The position numbers were made by a program, and so were the translations under genes. Below the pieces are notes generated by a model. The model did not search any database and was not told the DNA's origin. It worked only from the letters and a program-made list of their open reading frames with translations. Of a stretch of 13,992 bases of DNA, positions 8,732 to 13,992 are shown one piece after another. The DNA lies in NCBI GenBank assembly GCA_964485715.1, contig CAZALJ010000016.1, positions 1 through 13,992 on the forward strand, given 5' to 3'. Position 1 is the stretch's first letter. Each line of letters begins with the position of its first letter. This stretch comes from an uncultured archaeon. GTDB lineage: Archaea > Asgardarchaeota > Heimdallarchaeia > Hodarchaeales > Hodarchaeaceae.

Positions 8732-9700
8732 ATGGGAAGTGCCTCTGATAATAATGAATACGACATGATAATTGTTGGGGGTGGACCAGGAGGCATGGCT
8801 TCTGCTATTTACGGTTCACGTATGGGGTGGAAGACATTAGTACTAGAAAAAGAAGCAGTAGGAGGTTTAGCAGCCAAAACTCCTATAATAGAAAATTATC
8901 CTGGTTTTTCTGAGATCACTGGTATTGAGTTTGCAGAGAGATTACGAAAACAAGCGGAAAAGTTTGGAGCAGAAGTCCGAGAGCTAGTAGAGGTAACAGA
9001 TATCAAAACTGATCAAGTCTCACTCGAAGTAATTTCAACTTCGGGTAGTTTCAAGGCAAAAGTAATCATCTTAGCTACTGGTACTAATCATCGTCATTTG
9101 AATATACCTGGGGAAAAAGAATTAGAAGCAAAGGGGGTATCCTATTGCGCAACGTGTGATGGTCCTCTATACAAAGCTAAAAAGGTGGCAGTAGTTGGAG
9201 GAGGAAATTCTGCTGTTACAGAAGCTCTCTATCTCGATAATGTGGTTCGTGAGGTGTACTTGATTCATCGTCGTGATCAATTACGAGCAGAAGAGTCACT
9301 ACAAAGGGAAATTCTTAATAATTCGAGGGTAACGTTTGTGTGGGACTCTGTAGTGACAGAGATACACGGAAGTGAGGGAGGAGGAGTTAGGAAAATCTCC
9401 ATAAAGAATGTGAAGACTGGAGAGGAAAGTTCTGAACGAGTAAAAGCTGTCTTCATTGCTATTGGTATTATCCCTAATAATGAATTAGCTAAGAAAATTG
9501 GCATTGAGCTGACAGAAGAAGGGCTAATCAAAGTTGATGATAGGCAGCGAACTAATATTCCCCGAATTTACGCCTGTGGTGACATTACTCCTGGGCAAGG
9601 GCAAATTGCTGTTGCTGCTGGTGAGGGTACAACTGCTGCAATCTCTGCATTCCTTGATATGAGGGGTGGGGATTGGTATGGTGAAGAAGTTAGTGGTTGA
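8732..9700 (+). CDS. trxB: Thioredoxin-disulfide reductase (low-molecular-weight TrxR)
   Basis: FAD motif IIVGGGPGGMASAIY, redox-active CATCDG, NAD(P)H motif VAVVGGGNSAVTEA with HRRDQLRA, and C-terminal FAD motif ACGDIT. At 322 aa the length is typical. A GGAG-like RBS lies ~10 nt upstream. Confidence 0.93.
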   Translation: MGSASDNNEYDMIIVGGGPGGMASAIYGSRMGWKTLVLEKEAVGGLAAKTPIIENYPGFSEITGIEFAERLRKQAEKFGAEVRELVEVTDIKTDQVSLEVISTSGSFKAKVIILATGTNHRHLNIPGEKELEAKGVSYCATCDGPLYKAKKVAVVGGGNSAVTEALYLDNVVREVYLIHRRDQLRAEESLQREILNNSRVTFVWDSVVTEIHGSEGGGVRKISIKNVKTGEESSERVKAVFIAIGIIPNNELAKKIGIELTEEGLIKVDDRQRTNIPRIYACGDITPGQGQIAVAAGEGTTAAISAFLDMRGGDWYGEEVSG

Positions 9701-10221
9701 TTTATGTATTGAACCAGAAACACTTTTCAAGTTCTGTTGCTATCGATAAAATTTCAGCACATTTTAGTGCCTCACACGCTTTAGTTTCTGATCATCACAA
9801 AGAAGGACTTCATGGACATAATTACCTAGTTGAAATAGAGATCGAAGGGAGTATAGATATTGATGATATTGTTGTTGACTTTATCTTTCTAGAAAAACTC
9901 CTTTCTCAAGCCCTTTCAAGATGGGATCATTATACATTAATTCCATCAAAAAATAAACATATGAAAATACGTGAAAATAAAAATAATCTGGAAATTGAAT
10001 ATGGGAACCGTTTTTATTCTATCCCAAAGACAGAAATCAAGCTTTTAAACTGCACTAATGTCACTACAGAAGCATTAGCTCGATTATTAGGGAAAAAAAT
10101 CCGAAATCGTTTAAAAAAAGAAGCTTTTTGGAAAAGGATCCGAGTAATAAAGATTACAATCTGGGAAACATCATATTATCGGGCTAGTTATACTATTAAA
10201 TCCAATTCTTCAGGAAACTAG
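9697..10221 (+). CDS. 6-pyruvoyl-tetrahydropterin synthase / QueD family (COG0720) protein, Glu-x-x-HGH variant
   Basis: Zn-ligand pattern SASHAL...GLHGHNY. The family-typical C-terminal motif ITIWETSYYRASY is present. There is no in-frame ATG near the N-terminus. TTG 9697 overlaps the trxB stop (TTGA), and TTG 9709 is an alternative start. Confidence 0.75.
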   Translation: MIYVLNQKHFSSSVAIDKISAHFSASHALVSDHHKEGLHGHNYLVEIEIEGSIDIDDIVVDFIFLEKLLSQALSRWDHYTLIPSKNKHMKIRENKNNLEIEYGNRFYSIPKTEIKLLNCTNVTTEALARLLGKKIRNRLKKEAFWKRIRVIKITIWETSYYRASYTIKSNSSGN

Positions 10222-11008
10222 TAATATTTTCCTTTGGAAATCCTGAAATCTTCTGCCCTTGGCTGGTTAAATTTAAGCGAAGTCCATTATGTTGAGAATG
10301 AAAAGAGGATATTAACTCTAGAGCAATTTGTAATTTTTTGAGTTTTTTACTTCTTGTTTTCTTTATGGGGGAGTTGAGTGTACTATATTTACCAATCTTA
10401 GTACCAAAATCAAAACCAATTAGCCCGATCAGAGGAGATTGGAAATGAAATGCTAAAAAAATTGCTCGGTCACCGTCTGTAAACCCACCAAAATTAAAAA
10501 GAGTTTGTCTTGGTTTACATTGAGTAGTCCCCCATACATCATTTTTAGAAATGATATCATTGTATTGACTTATAAAGTAAGAAATTCGCTGTTGATTGTC
10601 ACCATGGGCATGAACTAATGTTAAAGCACCCCTTTCTATAGCCCATCTGATTGCATCTAAATCACCATCGAGATCGGTGACTACTATGGATGGAACGATA
10701 TTCTTTTGGTAAAATAATGTTGTTGCACCATCCACAGCGATCATTTGAAAATTAGACAAGAACTTCTTTGGAGTAAGTGCTGAAAAAATAGCTGAAAAGT
10801 CTTGTTCTAAGGAGGGTCCAGCTCCTGCAATAATTACAGGATTTTTGAGAACTGTTTTTAGTTTCTGCAGAATCTTATCCTTTTTAGCAGATGGGAATTT
10901 AATTAAATATGTTTCAAACAGCTGTGCTGACTGTTTATCAGCCTCAATATCGAAACCTAGCTGATCGATAATTTGATAATAGCTTCTCTTCCAATCTGGC
11001 CAATTCAT
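10196..11008 (-). CDS. mptE: MptE-like (DUF115/COG1634) 6-hydroxymethyl-7,8-dihydropterin diphosphokinase
   Basis: The motifs recalled for the DUF115/MptE family are IIAGAGPSL, VVTDLDGD and VHAHGDN. The size is 270 aa. The gene converges on and overlaps the PTPS-family gene by 26 nt (10196-10221). Confidence 0.65.
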   Translation of the reverse strand: MNWPDWKRSYYQIIDQLGFDIEADKQSAQLFETYLIKFPSAKKDKILQKLKTVLKNPVIIAGAGPSLEQDFSAIFSALTPKKFLSNFQMIAVDGATTLFYQKNIVPSIVVTDLDGDLDAIRWAIERGALTLVHAHGDNQQRISYFISQYNDIISKNDVWGTTQCKPRQTLFNFGGFTDGDRAIFLAFHFQSPLIGLIGFDFGTKIGKYSTLNSPIKKTRSKKLKKLQIALELISSFHSQHNGLRLNLTSQGQKISGFPKENITSFLKNWI

Positions 11009-11201
11009 ATCAAAAATCTCTAGTCAGGGGTAATTATTTTGATTTTGAAGAAAATTTACAAAGACAGTTGATTAATCGAACATTACTTTAAGAAAAAACT
11101 TGAGATTGAATAAGCTCGTTTAGCCACCATTGAATATTTAAAGACTCTTGAATGAGCTCCTTTCGGTTTGTAATCTCAGTAATAACCGATTTGCGCCAAT
11201 A

Positions 11202-11273
11202 ACTTGCGAGACTCTGCTGGAAGTTAAGTTAGGCTCCGTTTCGATCTGTATTGTTGTGCACGAGCCAACGGGA
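11202..11273 (+). pseudogene. Degenerate partial copy of the 5S rRNA 3' half plus leader, with no matching 5' half
   Basis: 66 of 72 positions are identical to 11549-11620 in my hand alignment. The copy diverges after ccaacggga and so lacks the 3' strands of helices V and I. No cacccgg...ccgaac box is nearby. A T6 run lies at 11305-11310. Confidence 0.6.
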
Positions 11274-11525
11274 GCCGCAATACCTCCGCGATATTAGAGA
11301 TTTGTTTTTTAGGAACCTATTGTTGGTGAATTTTCATCAATTTTAATATCAATGTCTTTTTTCTACGATTTTATTGAAATTTCTTTATCAATCTTGACTA
11401 TTTATCCTAACAATTTACAGGAGAGAATATTTAGGTTTTCTCAAATGTTCACATATATCTACTTGAACTACCAATAAATATAAAAGGATACGTAAATTTG
11501 TTCCTCCTGGTGTAAAATCTCACCG

Positions 11526-11533
11526 ATAAATAT
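11526..11533 (+). promoter_or_regulatory. TATA-box-like ataaatat about 25 nt upstream of the 5S leader helix
   Basis: The A/T motif position is consistent with a transcription start near 11553-11558. The corresponding sequence in the upstream decayed copy is not TATA-like. Confidence 0.4.
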
Positions 11534-11556
11534 TTTTGAGCTGTGCTGACTTGCGA

Positions 11557-11699
11557 GATCCTGCTGGAAGTTAAGCCAGGCTCCGTTTCGATCTGTACTG
11601 TTGTGCGCGAGCCAACGGGAACATCGGAAAGCTGAGCAATTAGCTCGGCCAAAGGGCCTGGGTAACACCCGGTCTCATTCCGAACCCGGAAACAGGATC
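11557..11699 (+). other. Leader/trailer processing stem with bulge-helix-bulge-like geometry enclosing the permuted 5S
   Basis: 11557-11563 (gatcctg) is perfectly complementary to 11693-11699 (caggatc). An adjacent 4-bp helix pairs 11564-11567 with 11686-11689. It is flanked by 3-nt bulges on opposite strands, at 11568-11570 and 11690-11692. Confidence 0.5.
11570..11691 (+). rRNA. 5S rRNA, circularly permuted gene order (3' half, 5-nt cap on helix I, then 5' half)
   Basis: The conserved archaeal 5S boxes are on the + strand: cacccggtctcattccgaacccggaa (11666-11691) and gttaagcc...ctgtac...ggaac (11570-11622). Helices I, II, IV and V can all be paired by hand. The unit is 122 nt. The minus-strand ORFs 11449..11715 and 11468..11668 are spurious. 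Confidence 0.75.
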
Positions 11700-11729
11700 C
11701 CCCTGTCTTAAGCACAACGTGATTCTAAG

Positions 11730-11737
11730 TTTTTTTT
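11730..11737 (+). terminator. T8 run downstream of the 5S trailer
   Basis: The sequence taagttttttttac begins 31 nt after the trailer helix. Oligo-T is the archaeal termination signal. Confidence 0.55.
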
Positions 11738-12249
11738 ACTCTATTTACCTTGATCTGATATTTTTTTAAATATTATCATGCAAACATTTTTCACAAATAG
11801 AGAATCAAAAGCGATTTCTATCTCTAATTTTTAGATCATTCACAAAAATGGTCGTCAGGAAGCTCCCAGATTAATTTCAAGCGGGAAGGATGATACACTG
11901 GTATTAGAAACATAAAAAATCGAAATAGAATCAGTGATTCTCTGAAAAAATCTATTAAGAAATCTCATAACAAAAGTGGGAAAAATTAGGGGGGATACAA
12001 AGACATTTGTAGAATAAAGGGTTCTAAAAAAATTTATATTTGAAAAAGGGTGTAATGAACCTTTTTAAGAAGACACTACTAGATAAACATAGGTTGTTCC
12101 ATGTGCAAGTACCTCTCGTTGCATATCCCTGACCTGAAGAAGATTCAGCAGCCACTAAAAAAATCATTGGGCCTCCAAATTTTCCCCCTTCCTAGAGCTC
12201 AAAATGTACTACAAATTGTTGAAACGACTTGGAAAAAGGAGGGATTAGA

Positions 12250-13920
12250 TTGAATGTGACTGATGTTATATTACATGGAAGACAAGTTCTTTCTAATCCT
12301 TTGAATAATAATATCGTCAAATTCATTTATAAATGGAATAATTATGTTATGGGTGGTGGAGAGATTAATATTAACATGATGGAAATATTTAATGAGATAA
12401 TTACAAGTTATGAACAGGATCTCGTTTTTAGAATTGTAAAAAAAGGAGAACCTATACTATTAAGGAACTACCTCCACTATACTGATTTAATATATAATCT
12501 TAGAAATTTTTTACGAACAACTCAAGGTCCACGAATTATTTTCGGAACATGGAAAGATTTCATGGAGGGTAAAATAATGTGGAAAATCGAATATAATGGA
12601 GGAATATTTTATGTGAGGAAGACCTCGGCATTTGTAAATTATTTTCCGAAAGATTATTGGAATAAAGGTCATAGGGGAAGGATTTTTTCTGATCTATTCT
12701 TCGAAAAGGCAGATATTGGATTTAGAGGTGATACAAGAATAGCAAAATCTATTAGAAGAATAATAAAAGATCAAATTCCAGAACTAAAAGGGAAAAACTT
12801 CCAAGGATCTGTTTATAAGTTGAAATATAGCAAAAACACAATTTATGAACTAATGACTTTAATATGGAATAGAAAAGTAGCAGAATTACCCTCTGAATTT
12901 GCAGATGGTAATTTCTTTAAAAGATTTACAGTTACTCGGCAACCTTTCACATTAGGAGGTTCCGATTTTCAATTTCAAATATTTCATGGCAGTAACAAAT
13001 CAATAGAAACCGATATAAAAAGAAAAATCATAGAAATAGCAAAAAAAACAAACACGTGGGATGAAGTCAGAAAAAACGTTGATATTCCCAAATTTGTGAA
13101 GAAATTTGATACGTCTAGTTTAATAAAATGGTTGAAGAAGGTTATTTTAAATAAAGTTTCTTATAAAGGAATTATGATAACTGTAGAGCATGTCAGAAGT
13201 CTTGGATTTGATATTGATACTGAACTTTTATGGTCTAGTGAATACGAGTTACACAAAGTTGCTGCAGGGGCACTGAAAGACTTTAACATTAGGAAAATGC
13301 TGGGATATACCACTCCAAGTGATGATATTAATGTTAAATATGGATCTCTCGGATATTTGCTTAGTAATCCAGACATTGTTACCATTTTTAATTTAAGAGG
13401 TAAAAAGGTATCTAAAGAAGTCATTGAAATAAAAGTACTGGAAAATAGATCTTCACGAGTTCATCCCTCAGAATTTCTCGCTAATTTACTACTAAGTAAA
13501 GGTTATATTACAAGTCAAGAAGGAAGCAGTATTGGGAAATCATTATTCTTTGTTAAGCATGATGATCCTTTATTACGTGGTACAACAGTAGGCAAAACGT
13601 TGAAAGGAAAAGCTAGTGCTTTAATATTTATTGATTTTGATGAAAGTGGCCCAGCACGTTTTGCTGAAATCTTCAACGAGGTAAGATTAGAATATTTTGG
13701 AAAAAGAAGAATACCTACAGGATCGCTTTATACAAAATTAATCAAAAGACTGCAAGAGAGTTCCTCTGCTTATGGATTAGATTTAGTAAATTTAGATGAT
13801 ATCATGATAAAAAAGCTCGTCTCGAAATTCCAGGAAATAGCAATAAAAAACCGTAAAACTCAATATACATTCATATTAGAAGTTTTACTATACTGTATTT
13901 TCGAAAACTTTTCTTCCTAA
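12250..13920 (+). CDS. Hypothetical protein (orphan by eye) with a possible C-terminal PD-(D/E)xK nuclease-like motif
   Basis: A long uninterrupted ORF, open from TTG 12229. GGAGGG at 12238-12243 sits 6 nt upstream of TTG 12250 and 12 nt upstream of GTG 12256, so one of these is the likely start. The first in-frame ATG is 40 codons further in. The protein is rich in Lys, Asn and Ile. The motif NPDIVTIFNLRGKKVSKEVIEIKV lies at nt 13366-13437. Confidence 0.7.
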   Translation: MNVTDVILHGRQVLSNPLNNNIVKFIYKWNNYVMGGGEININMMEIFNEIITSYEQDLVFRIVKKGEPILLRNYLHYTDLIYNLRNFLRTTQGPRIIFGTWKDFMEGKIMWKIEYNGGIFYVRKTSAFVNYFPKDYWNKGHRGRIFSDLFFEKADIGFRGDTRIAKSIRRIIKDQIPELKGKNFQGSVYKLKYSKNTIYELMTLIWNRKVAELPSEFADGNFFKRFTVTRQPFTLGGSDFQFQIFHGSNKSIETDIKRKIIEIAKKTNTWDEVRKNVDIPKFVKKFDTSSLIKWLKKVILNKVSYKGIMITVEHVRSLGFDIDTELLWSSEYELHKVAAGALKDFNIRKMLGYTTPSDDINVKYGSLGYLLSNPDIVTIFNLRGKKVSKEVIEIKVLENRSSRVHPSEFLANLLLSKGYITSQEGSSIGKSLFFVKHDDPLLRGTTVGKTLKGKASALIFIDFDESGPARFAEIFNEVRLEYFGKRRIPTGSLYTKLIKRLQESSSAYGLDLVNLDDIMIKKLVSKFQEIAIKNRKTQYTFILEVLLYCIFENFSS

Positions 13921-13992
13921 AGATTTTTTACACTTTATTTCAAAGATAAAATCTTTTCATTAAGTATTTTTCATTCATTATAATTTTAAGCT

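Noticed and set aside
11449-11715. Minus-strand ORFs of 88 aa and 66 aa (11449..11715 and 11468..11668)
   Set aside because: They lie antisense across the 5S rRNA sequence and its leader. The region is better explained as a structured RNA gene, and the ORFs are short with no start context.
11570-11715. Alternative readings of the 5S locus: an intron-containing colinear 5S, or two tandem 5S genes
   Set aside because: No 3' half follows the 5' half downstream; only a ttaagc remnant and then a T8 run. Only 5 nt (aatta) separate the helix I strands where two tandem genes would need a terminator, spacer and promoter. An assembly artefact cannot be excluded without reads.
12101-12196. 31-codon ORF (MCKYLSLHIPDLKKIQQPLKKSLGLQIFPLP) in the 5S to orphan-gene spacer
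   Set aside because: It is too short, has no RBS or TATA context and no recognisable motif. It cannot be supported from sequence alone.
1-13992. CRISPR arrays, tRNA genes, IS/transposase genes, integrases
   Set aside because: I found no regularly spaced direct repeats, no cloverleaf-compatible GTTC-type segments in the intergenic regions, and no transposase or integrase-like ORFs. The only significant repeat is the 72-nt 5S half duplication.

Overview
Low-GC archaeal chromosomal window. Archaeal signatures are a PGF-CTERM sorting signal, an MptE-type pterin kinase, an archaeal-type 5S sequence, and TATA-box/oligo-T punctuation. I cannot place the lineage from sequence alone. I support eight protein genes: (1) a 5'-truncated surface protein with PGF-CTERM; (2) an 871-aa polytopic membrane protein with an internal coiled coil and a cytoplasmic tail; (3) a B12-binding-domain radical SAM enzyme; (4) a HerA/DUF87-type ATPase with a ~400-aa C-terminal extension; (5) thioredoxin reductase; (6) a PTPS/QueD-family pterin enzyme; (7) an MptE-like 6-hydroxymethyl-dihydropterin diphosphokinase; (8) a 560-aa orphan protein with a possible PD-(D/E)xK nuclease motif. 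The standout observation is the RNA locus at 11.2-11.74 kb. It holds a 5S rRNA gene whose 3' half lies upstream of its 5' half, joined by a 5-nt cap on helix I. The leader and trailer fold into a bulge-helix-bulge-like stem, and cleavage plus ligation there would restore the canonical 5S sequence as a 122-nt circle. A decayed copy of the 3' half sits 347 bp upstream. A second observation is that the membrane protein and the HerA-like ATPase, which flank the radical SAM gene, share a longin/roadblock-like alpha/beta domain by eye. That would fit an ATPase docking onto a membrane partner. All domain calls come from motif reading, not database searches.
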